Below, one piece after another: positions 41,331-54,813 of a stretch of 64,000 nucleotides of DNA. The notes below the pieces were generated by a model. That model did not search any database and had not been told where the DNA came from. It saw only the letters and a program-made list of their open reading frames with translations. Every line of letters starts with the position of its first letter. The first letter of the stretch is position 1. This stretch comes from Octopus bimaculoides (lineage: Eukaryota). The translations under genes were made by a program, and so were the position numbers. Location of the stretch: the NCBI RefSeq assembly GCF_001194135.2, contig NC_068981.1, forward strand, positions 194,509,784 through 194,573,783, given 5' to 3'.

Positions 41331-43391
41331 CATATATATATATTTACATATACATATATATTTACACACACACACAGACACACACACATATATATATACA
41401 CATTTACATATATATAATACATATATATATATCTGTTGAGCAGTGTCTCATCCTTCTGCTTACATCACATGTTGGTAGGTGAGGATAGAGAGCAGGTGTG
41501 TGTGTGTGTAGGTGGGGGGGGCAGCTTGAACATAACATTAGACAATGGCATGTTAAATATGTGACTTGTCACTTACTTGACAGTCTTGCTTTTATTAGCC
41601 CCCATCCCCGCTCCCATTTGTTCTCTTCAGGTGGGGGTTGGTGGGGGTGTGGAATATCCTGAGGGTTGGGATTGTGTGGATGAATCTAGTCATGGGTTGG
41701 TGCGGCTGTGTGGTTTAAGAAGCTTGCTTCTTAGCCAAATGGTTCTGGGTTCAATCTCACTGTGCAGCACCTCGGGTAAGTGACTTCTACTGTAACCCTG
41801 GGCTGACCAAAGCTTTATGAGTGGTTTGGTGTGAAAGGTTTGGTGCCTTGTATTGCTGAGTCTCCAAACCTCCAGCAGATAGCATCATCATCATCATCAT
41901 CATCATCCTAGTCATCCTTCGACATGGTTCAGGAATCACAGTACGGTTGATTTCCGCACCCAACCCTTTTTCTTGATTTGGTCATTTTATTCANNNNNNN
42001 NNNNNNNNNNNNNNNNNNNNNNNNNNNNNNNNNNNNNNNNNNNNNNNNNNNNNNNNNNNNNNNNNNNNNNNNNNNNNNNNNNNNNNNNNNNNNNNNNNNN
42101 NNNNNNNNNNNNNNNNNNNNNNNNNNNNNNNNNNNNNNNNNNNNNNNNNNNNNNNNNNNNNNNNNNNNNNNNNNNNNNNNNNNNNNNNNNNNNNNNNNNA
42201 AAATAATGTTTATTTTTGTCTATTTCTATTTTATTTATATTTGAAAAGTTTCCTCCTACTTTTTTGAATTGCAGTCTTTGAGCAGATCCTCAAAATTAAT
42301 CTTAGGTAACACATCTGCATCTATAGTTAACAGAGACAAAGGCATCCTAAATATTATTTTAGCAAGTTTAAAGTGATTTCTTTTGTGCCTTAAACCATTT
42401 ACCATTTCTGTGGTATCCCCCTCCTTCCTTTCATACGCTAAGCACATGGTTATTTTGAAACTTAATATTTAATCCAGTGCTGCTTTCAATCACTGAATAC
42501 AAAAACAAAGCTCATGAGGCCCCTATTCAGGTAATTTTCCCGAGTCACCCTCTCACCCTCTCACCCTCGCTTTCATTCTGTTAATCTTTCCACATTTAAG
42601 GTAGTCGTCTCTCTTTTCTTCCCTTTTTGTTTCTTAATATTTTATGACTGTTGACTTTCTTGGGGTCTTCTGCCCTTTTGTCAGGTCTGTGCTTCTTTTG
42701 TCCTTCAGGGTGTCCATTAATGACCCTCTTTAACAAGCAAGCTTGCTGGAGTTTCTCGTTCACTCACTGACAGCCTGATCATGTGACAAGCTGGACTGGT
42801 TTATATGTTACCAGGAGCACATAAGAGCGACTTGACATAACATATATATATACACACATATATATAGTCTAGATTAGGTGGTGCAACAATTGCATAAACA
42901 GACAGAATTTGTGTGTGTGTGTGTGTTGTTCTAATTTGCCTGTGGGAATTTGGATAGTAATTAAGCAACATGACACATTATCTGTGATGGTTGTGGTGGT
43001 GGTGGTATTGGTGATTGTTGTAGCTATAGATGTAGTATAGGTGGTAGTGGTAGTACTAGTGTTGATAGTAGCATGGTAGTGATGTGGCAGAGCAGTCATT
43101 CTCATTCACCGATACCTCCACAACCGCCTCACACCTCATATAAAAAAAAGACAAAAACAAAGATTATCTCATGCCTAGATATCATCAAACTTACATCTCC
43201 CTTCAACCCCCCCTCCCAACAACAACAACAACAGCAACACCAAACCTATTTTAATTAGAAAGGAACTATGTTTCATACACTCCGCTGGCTTTTTTATTAC
43301 TCACAACACCCAAAAACATTAGATGTAATCAACCCCCTCGCATGTGCATAATTTCCCATCAACGCAAAGATAAGAATATTAGAAAGACACA

Positions 43392-43634
43392 CAGGAGTGG
43401 CTGTGGGGTAAGAAGCTTGCTTCCTAACCACATGGTTCCGGGTTCAGTCCCACTGCACGGTACTTTGGGCAACTGTCTTCTACTGTAGCCTCGGGCTGAC
43501 CAAAGGCTTGGGAGTGGATTTGGTAGATGGAAACTGAAAGAAGCCCTTTGTGTATATACGTTATTAAAAAGCAGCAAAAATACCACAAAAACTGTTACTC
43601 AGAGTTTCACGTTCCCGTTCATTGGACAGTTTTG

Positions 43635-43667
<33 letters not shown>

Positions 43668-44010
43668 ACAGGCATGGCTGTGTGGTAAGAAGCTTCCTTC
43701 CCAACCACATGGTTCTGGGTTCAGTCCCACTGTGCGGTACCTTGGGTAAGTGTCTTTTACTGTAGCCTCGGGCTGACTAAAGCCTTGTGAGTGGATTTGG
43801 TAGATGGAAACTGAAAGAAGCCCGTCCTATATATATATATATATGTGTGTGTGTGGCTGTGTGGTAAGAAGCTTGCTTCCTAACCACATAGTTCTGGGTT
43901 CAGTCCCACTGCGTGGCACCTTGGGCAAGTGTCTTCTACTATAGCCTCGGGCCAACCAAAGGCTTGGGAGTGGATTTGGTAGATGGAAACTGATAGAAGC
44001 CCTTTGTGTA
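43392..44010 (+). mobile_element. Cluster of three 5' halves of tRNA-derived SINE family B (CORE-like)
   Basis: Repeated ggctgtgtggtaagaagcttgcttcc...ggttcagtcccactg...ccttgggcaagtgtc...gtagatggaaactgaaagaagccc. Confidence 0.85.
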
Positions 44011-44420
44011 TAAACTTTGTCTGTCTGTCTCTCTGTCTTACACTTGACAGGCTTCTTTCAGTTTCTGTCAACCAAATCCACTCACAAGGCTTTGGTTGAC
44101 TATACCAAAAGACCTCCGAGTGCCATACAAAGGGGATGAACACAAAGCTATAAGGTTGTTAAGCAAACTTCTTAACCATAAAACCAGACCTGCACTGTCA
44201 GTGCTAAAATGGGTTGTCTTGGTTTGCAAAATGAATTCCCTAACCTGAGTAAGTTATATTCTATAACTGGATAGTAATGTGATATATTTTATATTAAAAC
44301 ACAACTGGCGACTTCTGCTGGGTATTGAACTTCTGACCAATTCCACTGAATGTTTACTCCTTAACCATTGCATCATTTATGAATTTCTAATCAGTATTTC
44401 TCTTTCCATTTTCCTCATAG

Positions 44421-47005
44421 GTATTGAAAATTTATCATCAACACTCAAGAAATCTTTGCAGAACTTTGTCCCTACCAACAACAAGAAGCGGCAACAGGTT
44501 TTCCCAAGTTGCCGCAAAGAACATCTCTTAGCAATAAGTCGGAAGCAGCTTCTGAATGAATACATGTCACTGGAAAGTAGCCGGGAGTTACACAAAGCCA
44601 TGAAACCAGCTCCTGTTATGGATCGCAGTACATCTGACTCGGAGGTTCAAGAACTCTCCGAGAACAACCAGCCACCGACCAAGTGGAAACTAGATAAAAA
44701 ACGCAAATATAAATTTGGTGAATCCCAGTTTCTGTCTTGGCAAAACCGTTACCAAACGCTGAGTGAAGAAAATCTAAAAGGTATTCAACGTAATAAAATC
44801 CAAGAGATCTTCCATCCAGCCGAAACATGTTTGCTTATGATTGATATCATCCAGAACGTGTGTTTGCTGGACTTAAACCAAACGGTGCCCTCAAAGTTAG
44901 TGTCAGTCTCTTTGCTGCCTGAGTTATTAGATGGTCTTTTTCGTTTCCATGACATGTTCCAAAATCCAAATCCACAAGTATGGACCAAGGACATTCTAGC
45001 TTATATCCTAAAACACCTTTTGCAGTTGGTGTTCATGTTAAGCAATATAACTGCTACACAACAAAATGGTTCCAGTATTTTGATCCGGAATCGGATATTT
45101 CCCAGTTTACTTTATTTAGCTCACGATCTTTTAGAAGATATCACCTACCCTGAGAACATAGTCTGGTCTGAAGTATCGGATCAGTGCCACGTTAAAATGG
45201 TATTGGTGTCCGACATTATATCAGGATTACTTCTCTGTGCTACTGAAGTCTTTCACAATATTCCGCTGAATCCCGTTTTTATTAATTCAGCTTTAAAAGT
45301 TATGTGGATATTTAGAGAAGAACGAGGTTTTAGTATGTTGGAATTAATCCTTTCTTGGCTTGACTCTGAATGTTTCCCACATAAAGTTTGTAAAAAATTC
45401 TCCCCCAAAGACAATCTTTTAAAGTCAGTCAGCAGTCTTATAATAGCCATGAAGAAAGCCAAAGTTGGTTACATCCATTCTTCCACCTGCATGAAGAAGA
45501 AACACAGAAAATGTATTTATACTCATTGTTTTGATCATCACCATAATATTCTTGGCTTTGCTTTCACCAAAAATGTCAGCCGACAGAAACTGGACGTTTC
45601 TTCAGATATTTGTGTTGTTGGTTATTGGTCACAGTTCTTACTTGATGTTTTACCGTTTCTCAAATCTAAGCAACAACAACTTCAAGTTTTTACCCTGTTC
45701 GTAACAGCTGGCATTTGCTGTTGCATCGGGATAGAGGTAATGCTGTCCAGCTTCCATTCGTCTTTCTATAATCTGTCTCCAGCTGTAAAGAACTATGCCT
45801 TAGACATCATGAACAATATGCTGCTGGAACAGTTGTCTGGTGCCAGACACATATCACAGAAACCAAGTAAAATTGAAATTTGTAAGGTGTGCGAGGACGA
45901 TTCCTTTGATACTTTTAGTGGTAAATTAAAACGTGGAATGGACCCAGATTGCAAAATGAATCCAGAAACGCATGACAGTGGTGTGTCAAGTAGTGAGATA
46001 TCATCAGAAGATTTCAAGTCTTCAATGAAGAAAGATTTGCTCAAGCGATGGGGATCCCTGGCCAAAATGTGTGATATCTTATATTCTGGGGACACAGTAT
46101 CTGCTTCGTTACTCTCCAAACATTTGTTGATTTTAGCTGTCCATGGCAGAACAGAAGTTAAGCAAGAACTATTCCATTCCATTTATTTACCAATTCTTAC
46201 AGATTATTGCAAGTGGAAATCCACAACGCATCAACATATCATACCATCACCACTCAATAAATCTGTCATCATGAACTGTTTGTCTGCCTTTCCGTATCTC
46301 CTGCAAGCAGAATCCGTCATGACAACTTTCTTGGCTCGACATGGCATTGAAAAACTATGGACAATTCTTGAGGACCCGTCTTTACAGGAACTTGTCTTGC
46401 ATGTATTCGAAGCTTTGATAATTGCTGATGAATATGTGTCGTTAGAGAATATATTAAAAGAAAACAAAGTATCGGAGAGGCTTATGGATGAAAACAGTCC
46501 TGTGTCCGATTTCTCCAGTGATGATGATCTGACTTACTGCAGTAACATGGTCATTCGCTCTTTCTTGAAGATCTTATCTGAAAATATCAAATCACATGGT
46601 GTCTCTATTAACATACTTCCAAAGCACTTTGTAAAAGACACTGAAATGAGTGATGGAGAAGAGGTGAACCAATCAGCAGATTCTTCCATGCATCTAAAAT
46701 GGTTCCTACTTTTAAGAAATCTATGGAGAACATGCCAAGTTCTTTTGCTCAATAGTCCCAGCTTTCTTCTCCAATTTAAAACCTCCGAATGTTTTATGCT
46801 TGCCAAACAGATTCTCTTCCACATCATACCGCAACTTGAGACTTACGCCAGTCCAACTCACCAGTTCACGGAACCTGGTGTTTATAACAGCAATATAGTT
46901 GACCAACCCCTACAATCTGTACCGATCTTCCAACAAGCTCTCAGTCTTCTAGAGTCTGTACTAGTGGCCTGTATCATCTGCTACATGCCAGCATTTGCTG
47001 CTAAG
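44421..47005 (+). CDS. LYST: LYST coding exon 3 (2585 nt)
   Basis: cctcatag|...GCTAAG|gtaaca, phase 1 to 0. Motifs [50 protein letters not shown]...CKVC, LLKRWGSL and LLESVL parallel human [50 protein letters not shown]...CNIC, LLWKWDAL and LLEALL. Confidence 0.95.
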
Positions 47006-47630
47006 GTAACAAAATATTTCCGGTTTTCTATTCCTTTATTTCCTGTTTAATTCTGTTGTATTTGAAAAGTTCTGTTAGACTTCTTTAAAATCTGTTAATC
47101 TATGATTTACAGCGCTGGTGCTAATACAGAATCCTTGAGAAAGAGATAAACGACAACAGTGCATTGTAAAATGGAAGCAGTTTAGCTTTTGGATAAATCT
47201 CTTTCTGTTATTTCTCAGGTTGAGTGAAAGTCCAGGAAATTGAATTGTCAGACATTTTACAGAATGGCTGGCTTTGTTAATATCACACATTTGTGTGTGT
47301 GTTTGTGTGTATGTCTGTATGTGTGTTAGTGTGCGTATGTATTGCAATGTCTCTTTGTGTGTGTCTCTCTCTTAGTCTGGGTCTGAGCTTCACTGTGTGT
47401 GTGTGTGTGTGTGTATGTCTGTCTTTTAGTGTAGATATGTACTTCAATGTGTGTTTGCACGTGTGTCTTTTACTCTGTGTCTGAGTCTCACTCTGTATGT
47501 GTGTGTGTGTGTGAGTGAGAGAGTTACTCAGTGGTTCTCTGTGTGTAAGTTTCTCTCATCTTTTTGTATCTATATGTATGTCAATGTGTGTTTACATGTG
47601 TGTGTCTCTCTTAATGTGTCTCTGTACTTC

Positions 47631-47664
<34 letters not shown>

Positions 47665-48713
47665 TCTAGAAAGAGGAAACGGATGCCATGATGTTTATAA
47701 TTACTGGAATCAAAACAATGAGAATCCATTAGAAATAATGAAATTTCAACAACGTTCTTTATATTTTGATATCATTTACAATGATTACAGTATCCAGTGT
47801 TATCATCATTGTCACCACCACCACCACCACCCCACCGCTACCACTGCCACCACTGGTTTCAAACCTTCATATAAGACCAACAATTGTAAGAGGGGTCATT
47901 GTTTGGTTATACTGACTCCACTACTTGACTCTTATTTCTTTTATAAATCCTGAAGGGACAAAAGGAAAAGTTTACCTCAGCTGCATTTGAACCCAGAATG
48001 TAAAAAACAAACAAAAGAAATGCTGCTAAGTATTTTGTCTGGTGCCGTGATGGTGCTGCCAGCTCACTGCCTTAATAATAATAATAATCATCATCATCAT
48101 CATCATCGTTTAACGTCCGCTTTCCATGCCAGCATGGGTTGGACGATTTGACTGAGGACTGGTGAGACCGGATGGCAACACCAGGCTCCAATCTAAATTT
48201 GACAGAGTTTCTACAGCTGGATGCCCTTCCTAACGCCAACCACTCAGAGAGTGTAGTGGGTGCTTTTACGTGTTACCCGCACGAAAACGGCCACGCTCGA
48301 AATGGTGTCTTTTATGTGCCACCCGCACAAGAGCCAGTCCAATGGCACTGGCAACGATCTCGCTCGAAAACCCTACNNNNNNNNNNNNNNNNNNNNNNNN
48401 NNNNNNNNNNNNNNNNNNNNNNNNNNNNNNNNNNNNNNNNNNNNNNNNNNNNNNNNNNNNNNNNNNNNNNNNNNNNNNNNNNNNNNNNNNNNNNNNNNNN
48501 NNNNNNNNNNNNNNNNNNNNNNNNNNNNNNNNNNNNNNNNNNNNNNNNNNNNNNNNNNNNNNNNNNNNNNNNNNNNNNNNNNNNNNNNNNNNNNNNNNNN
48601 NNNNNNNNNNNNNNNNNNNNNNNNNNNNNNNNNNNNNNNNNNNNNNNNNNNNATGGGCGAAATACCACTAAGCATTTCGTCCAACGTGCTAACGATTCTG
48701 CCAGCTCACCACC

Positions 48714-48757
<44 letters not shown>

Positions 48758-48976
48758 CCTTTCTACTATAGGCACAAGACCTGAAATTTTGGGGTAGGAG
48801 ACCAGTTGATTACATCAACCCCAGTATGTAACTGGTACTTTATTTATTGACCTCAAAAGGATGAAAGGCAGAGTTGACCCCAGAGGAATTTGAACTCAGA
48901 ACATGAAAACAGATGAAATACTGCTAAGCATTTCGTCTGGCGTGCTAACGATTCTGCCAGCTCGCCGCTTTATGTA

Positions 48977-49205
48977 ATGGATGAAAAGGGAAAGGCAAAA
49001 ATCCTCTGGGACTTTGATTTCCAGACAAAGTGTTAGGGCACCGAAGGCTGGATATAGTAACCTTTAGGAGGTACAGACAAGAGTGCCTAATAATCAACGT
49101 AGCAATGCCAGGAGATCAACAGGTCATCATAAAAGAAAGAGAAAAGGTTGATAAATATGAAGACCTGAGAATTGAGATTGCTAACATGTGGCAGCTACAA
49201 GAAAG
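48977..49205 (+). mobile_element. Restriction-like endonuclease (RLE) fragment of an R4/Dong- or NeSL-type non-LTR retrotransposon
   Basis: AKILWDFDFQT/(frameshift)KVLGHRRLDIVTF...LIINVAMPGD..VIIKEREKVDKYEDLRIEIANMW; the expected RPD and IDV residues are mutated. Confidence 0.8.
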
Positions 49206-49540
49206 ATCCCTGGCTTACCATCCATGCAAAATGTGCAAAAGATTTCTTTAACTGCTGTGTCATATGTAATTGAGAAGAGCATTGTCGCTATGGGAACGAT
49301 TACCTCCATGTAAATAATTTTTTTCTACATAACTTTTTACTCTTTTACTTGTTTCAGTCATTTGACTGCGGCCATGCTGGAACACTGACTTTTAGTCGAA
49401 TAAATCGACCCCAGGACTTATTCTTTTGTAAGCTTAGTACTTATTCTATCAGTCTCATTTGCTGAACTGCTAAGTTACGGGGATGTAAACACACCAACTT
49501 TGGCTGTCGAGCGATGTTGGGGGGACAAACACAGACACAA

Positions 49541-49579
<39 letters not shown>

Positions 49580-49774
49580 CATATATATGACGGGCTTCTT
49601 TCAGTTTCCGTCTACCAAATCCACTCACAAGGCTTTGGTCGGCCCGAGGCTATAGTAGAAGACACTTGCCCAAGGTGCCACGCAGTGGGACTGAACCCAG
49701 AACCATGTGGTTGGGAAACAAGCTTCTTACCACTCAGCTCATAATATTTTTATTTAATGACCAGGATGACAATG

Positions 49775-50340
49775 ACGATGATGATGATGATTTCATTTGA
49801 TGACGCCATTCAATTAGTGTCTGTAACATGAGTGTCTGTATTTCAGGCGCTAATTATAGGTCGGTGGGAGATCAAGAAAGATTAAAATGGGAAACCAATT
49901 CACCCTGAGGCCTGACTGTGCTACCAGATGTCATTTGGCTGCGATATCAGGTGTCGGCTTGTTATCAGAAAGATTACTGTTGCTCACTAAAACATCTTAA
50001 TCGTAACAGTACTAGTTGTAATAACGGTTGCTCCTGTCGATTTCGGTGTTTGAGTGTTTGATGGAAAAGATTTAAGCAAAAAGTCAGGATTAGAAATAAA
50101 AGAAGTTGCATCTATTTGCGATGGATGCAGGAATTTAATTTGAATCCAGGGATGGATTTTGCTGTGAGGTCACAATGGCGACACTGGTGGTTTTGGATTT
50201 ACTTGAGATCGGACAAACGTGTCTTCTGATTGCAGGATAGAATTCTTTTATTCTTCTGTTTCTTCAATTCAAACTGTTTAGAGGCATCATGACACATTTT
50301 ACGCCACTCATATTGATCCCAGCAACAACTTTCCCAAGAT
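49775..50340 (-). mobile_element. 3' end of a second RTE-type LINE with a C-terminal Cys/His motif and (ATC)n tail
   Basis: Minus strand reads WESCCWDQYEWRKMCHDASKQFE...HQCRHCDLTAKSIPGFKLNSCIH. Confidence 0.6.
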
Positions 50341-52884
50341 GCTAAATTAACCCTTAAGCAGTCACATTATTTTTTTCAAATGTAATGCTTATTTAATCAC
50401 ATTGTTTTGAATTAGTTATGCATCATTTTGTAGCTTTGAGATTTTGAGGAGGTAACTGCTAATTTTTAGAATGATATTGTCGGTTTAGTATGAGAGGCCA
50501 GATCTGTCCAGTCTGAACATACAACAGGTAAAATATTTTGGCCGGTTTAAATGCTAAAGGAATAAGCTCTATGGATTTTTTACTCTTTTACTTGTTTCAG
50601 TCATTTGACTGCGGCCATGCTGGAGCACCGCCTTTAGTTGAGCAAATCGACCCCAGGACTTATTCTTTGTAAGCTTAGTACTTATTCTATTGGCCTCTTT
50701 TGCCGAACCGCTAAGTTATGGGGACTTGATAACATTTCCAATCGGTTAAGATCAGAATCCATGAGAGCCATTGCCTGGTACTGCATCAGGGCATTTATTA
50801 TTATTATCATTGTTATTATTATTATTATTATATATTATTATTATTATTATTATGAAAATATATATTCCTATGTGGAAGCTGTCTTCCTCAGTTCAGCTAT
50901 TCAGTTTTCACTGATTTTATATTATTATTAAAAAATGAAATAAAATTGGCGGTGCTCCAGCATGGCCACAGTCAAAAGACTGAAACAAGTAAAAGAGAAT
51001 AAAAGAGAATACATTTGTGTTTTTAAAACAGAGCCAAGTTTTAATTTTGACGTCTGGCCATGATAAATACTTGTACAATGTTGTCTTTTAAAAAATTTTT
51101 TTTTTTTTAAGTTTTGTTTCTTATTTTGATGGTGTATATGACAGTTCAACAAGTGATCAATAACTTGCACAAAATCAATGCAACTGTTAAAGAAGAAAGC
51201 AATCGGAAGCAGAAACATTTGCTCTGTAGACATTGTGCAAATATAAACTTAACTGATGAATGTCGCATCAACGAACTCTGTCATGCTGTCAGTCTCTTTG
51301 TAGGCTGCTGCTGCTGAATGGAAACAAGTTATTGAATTTCAGAAAATGCTATTAGTTAAGGTGGTAGGGGTGGTTTCCATTAGCTCTTTTGAACTTGACC
51401 CAGTTTTTGTGGCTCTGTTTAACTTGTTCATTCAACCAGAAATGTTTCCTTTTTGAATTAAGAAACGTCAGCTGACTGTCAAATTGAGTTTTATTTATTA
51501 TTCATCAATATGCCATGAAATCAACTCAGCGCCACTTCAATTAAAAGAGGAGTTTTTGGAGTCTGTCAGTCAGTATGTTAGGGCCCAGTAACATTGTCAT
51601 CCTCATTCTGATATCCACTTTTCCGTGCTTGCATGAGTTGACTTGATTTGTTGTGACAGATTTTCTACAGCTTGATGTCCTCCCTGTCACCAGTTCTCTC
51701 CTGTTTCCAAGCAAGGTAATATTTCACCAAGGCCACACTCGTTTTTTTTTTCAAGGAAGACTGAAAACAAAGGACACCAGCTGAATGAAAGTGATGCTTG
51801 TATATAATTCTCGTGCAATGTGAAGACAAGGAGACATGTGCACGCACACACTCACACATGCACACACACACACACACACTTCTTTCTCTAGTGTATCATC
51901 ATCATTGTTTAACGTTTGCCACCCATGCTGGCATGGGTGGGATGGTTTAACAGGAGCTGGCCAAGCAGAAGCCTGCACCAGACTTCTGTGACTGTTTTAG
52001 CAGGATTTTTACAGCTGGATACCCTTCCTAACACCAACCATTCAGCAGAGTGGACTTAGTGCTTTTTATGTGGCACAAAGCACTGGCGAGGTCAGTTTTG
52101 GTAAGGTTTTTACAACTGTATTCCCTTCCTAACACTGACCACTTTACAGCATGGACTGGGTGCTTTTTAAGTGGCACCTGCACTGGCAGGGTCACCAAAT
52201 ACCTCAGGCCGAGTGAAATCCTGGCCGTGGCCAGTGCTGGTGACACGTGAAAGGCACCCAGTACACTCTGTGGAGTGGTTGGCATTAGGAAGGGCATCCA
52301 GCTGCAAAGAAAACAAACCAAAACAGATGACTAGAGCGGTCAAACTGTGTAACCCATGCCAGCATGGAAAATGGATGTTAGATGATGATGATGATGGTAA
52401 TGGTATATATGCACAGGCAGTTATGGTCTAGAAGTTCATTTCACAATCACATGGTTTCAGGTTCAGTCTCACTGTGTGGAATCTTGGACAAGTATCTTCT
52501 ACAGTAGCCTTGGGTTGACCAAAGCTTTGCAGATCTGTAGATAGAAACTGAAAGAAGCTTATCAGATATATATATGTGTGTGTGTGTTTATATGTAAGTT
52601 TGTGTCTCGTTGCCTTGACATCACGAGAGAGTTGTAAATGAATGTCACCCTCATACAAGCAGTGTCATTCATTTCCAATATTCGGTGAGAATGTCTGGTT
52701 GTGAGGAGATATTACCATTCTTGGAAACAAATGAGGGTCAGCTACAAGAAAGGGAATCAGGCCATAGAAAATCTGCCTTAACAGATTTCATCTCATCCAT
52801 GCAAGGGAAAGGGGCCATTAAGATGATGATGATGATGATGATGATGTGTGTGTGTGTGTGTGTGTATACACATGTATATTCTCT

Positions 52885-53081
52885 TATTTGTTTCAGTCAT
52901 TTCACTGTGGCCATGCTGGAGCACCGCCTTTAGTCGAACAAATCGACCCCTGGACTTATTCTTTGTAAGCCTAGTACTTATTCTATCAGTCTCTTTTGCC
53001 GAACTGCTAAGTTACAGGGACGTAAACACACCAACATCAGTTGTCAAGTGATAGTGGGGGGACAAACACAGACACACAAAC

Positions 53082-53118
<37 letters not shown>

Positions 53119-53273
53119 GCTTCTTTCAGTTTCCATCTACCAAATCCACTCACAAGGCTTTGGTTGGCCTGAGGCTATAGTAGAAGACATTTACCCAAGG
53201 TGCCATGCAGTGCAACTGAACCGGGAACCATGCGGTTGGTAAGCAAACTGCTTACCACACAGCCACTCCTGCA

Positions 53274-53275
<2 letters not shown>
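52885..53275 (-). mobile_element. Near-full-length SINE family B with internal (TA)n (also about 49335-49735)
   Basis: Both SINE halves colinear on the minus strand. Confidence 0.8.
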
Positions 53276-53309
<34 letters not shown>

Positions 53310-53319
53310 NNNNNNNNNN

Positions 53320-53372
<53 letters not shown>

Positions 53373-53432
53373 TACATATCATCATCATTATTATTATCAT
53401 TATTCTCTATATGTTTTGTTTTCCTATTTCAG

Positions 53433-53603
53433 TCGGACACGAAGGATTTCCAGGCGTTGCTCTCTGAAGTGAAAGACGGTTTGATGAAATATAAAACCCT
53501 TCAGGTGAACCAACTGCAGATGATTTTTGATACTTTACTGCACTGTGCAAAACCTGATCGTAGTACAATACTAGAACTTTCCTCTCTACACACCCTAATG
53601 ATG
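53433..53603 (+). CDS. LYST: LYST coding exon 4
   Basis: tatttcag|SDTKDFQALLSEVKDGLMKYK...MIFDTLLHCA...LMM|gtaagt; resembles human SILFEMRDHL...PLFDALLRVA; 171 nt, phase 0 to 0. Confidence 0.9.
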
Positions 53604-53756
53604 GTAAGTATTAAGTCTGTTTTTAGCAGTAGGGCAATGAAGAATCTCCTTCACGGTTATTCAGTCTCCTAGAAATAGCTGTCAAATCTTCTTTGATTCA
53701 TGCTCTGACAGCTTCAGATATAAAGGGAGAACACATTGCATAATGTACTTCTAGAC

Positions 53757-54045
53757 GAGGTCTGGCCAACTGGAACTACATTGCAGGCCACTTTAATCAC
53801 AGAAAGTTTTTTGAGGGCCGCTTGTATACTGACAGAATTGAAAGCATTTTAATTTCTCATGCTATTATATTAATTCAACATGAAATAATATCATTGCAAA
53901 AACAGTAGTAGCTTTCTTTTTTTACTTTTCATTACAATCTTTAATTTTTGATAAAATTTTAAAAGTGTTTGTTTAAATAAACCCATTTGAAATAAGTATC
54001 AAGTTGGTTACTTGTGGCCCGCAGACCTCAGGTTGGCCAGCCCTT
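53757..54045. mobile_element. hAT-type MITE
   Basis: Ends gaggtctggccaac / gttggccagccctt; 8-bp TSD TTCTAGAC/TTCCAGAC. Confidence 0.65.
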
Positions 54046-54621
54046 TTCCAGACCATCAATCTGGAAAGTCAAAAAACAGGAGAGCTGGAATGTCTTTTAT
54101 CATATTTGTATTCAATTAGAGTTGATCTGGAGCTAAACAACAATAATTGCTTCACATTATTTACATTATTTACATTTGAGAATATGACCAAAAACTGCGT
54201 GTACCCCATCCCATGCAGCTGTGGTAGGTTATACAANNNNNNNNNNNNNNNNNNNNNNNNNNNNNNNNNNNNNNNNNNNNNNNNNNNNNNNNNNNNNNNN
54301 NNNNNNNNNNNNNNNNNNNNNNNNNNNNNNNNNNNNNNNNNNNNNNNNNNNNNNNNNNNNNNNNNNNNNNNNNNNNNNNNNNNNNNNNNNNNNNNNNNNN
54401 NNNNNNNNNNNNNNNNNNNNNNNNNNNNNNNNNNNNNNNNNNNNNNNNNNNNNNNNNNNNNNNNNNNNNNNNNNNNNAAAAGCAGCAGCACATATGCTAG
54501 GACACAACAACCTCTTAAGCAGACCGAGTGCAGATATGAACAGAATATGGGAACCAGTATTAAGGAAGGATAGGAGAATATTAGATTTATAAGCCCTAAA
54601 AATCACTCCATAATTGCCCAT

Positions 54622-54692
54622 GGGCATATGGCATAGTGGTTAAGAGTGTGGGCTACTAACCCCAAGATTCTGAGTTCGATTCCAGGCAGTGA

Positions 54693-54694
<2 letters not shown>
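54622..54694 (+). promoter_or_regulatory. tRNA-like Pol III cassette inside P1
   Basis: A box TGGCATAGTGG (54629-54639), GGG-CTACTAA-CCC anticodon-like hairpin, B box GAGTTCGATTCC (54672-54683); layout resembles tRNA-Thr. Confidence 0.7.
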
Positions 54695-54727
<33 letters not shown>

Positions 54728-54767
54728 TTAAAAAATACCTTAGGAATGAGAACCCAGGTTTCCCCAA

Positions 54768-54813
54768 GATACCTGAAGAAGGCTGGAGGGTATATCAGTC
54801 GAAACGTTATGTT
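54768..54813 (+). ncRNA. Minimal hammerhead motif of P1 (core intact, helix I weakened)
   Basis: GATAC-CTGAAGA-A-GGCTG-loop-CAGTC-GAAA-CGTT-ATGTT; palindromic AACGTT helix III; first helix I pair is a C/A mismatch. Confidence 0.8.

Noticed and set aside
42870-42900. Mariner/MADE-like TIR (ttaggtggtgcaacaattgc)
   Set aside because: Single short match with no partner TIR found.
44279-44420. N-terminal 47 aa and last 14 aa of the 923-aa ORF as real protein
   Set aside because: They lie outside the splice acceptor at 44420 and donor at 47006; intronic read-through.
54622-54694. Functional tRNA gene
   Set aside because: No proper acceptor stem, bulged T stem, embedded in a repeat; SINE heads rejected for the same reasons.
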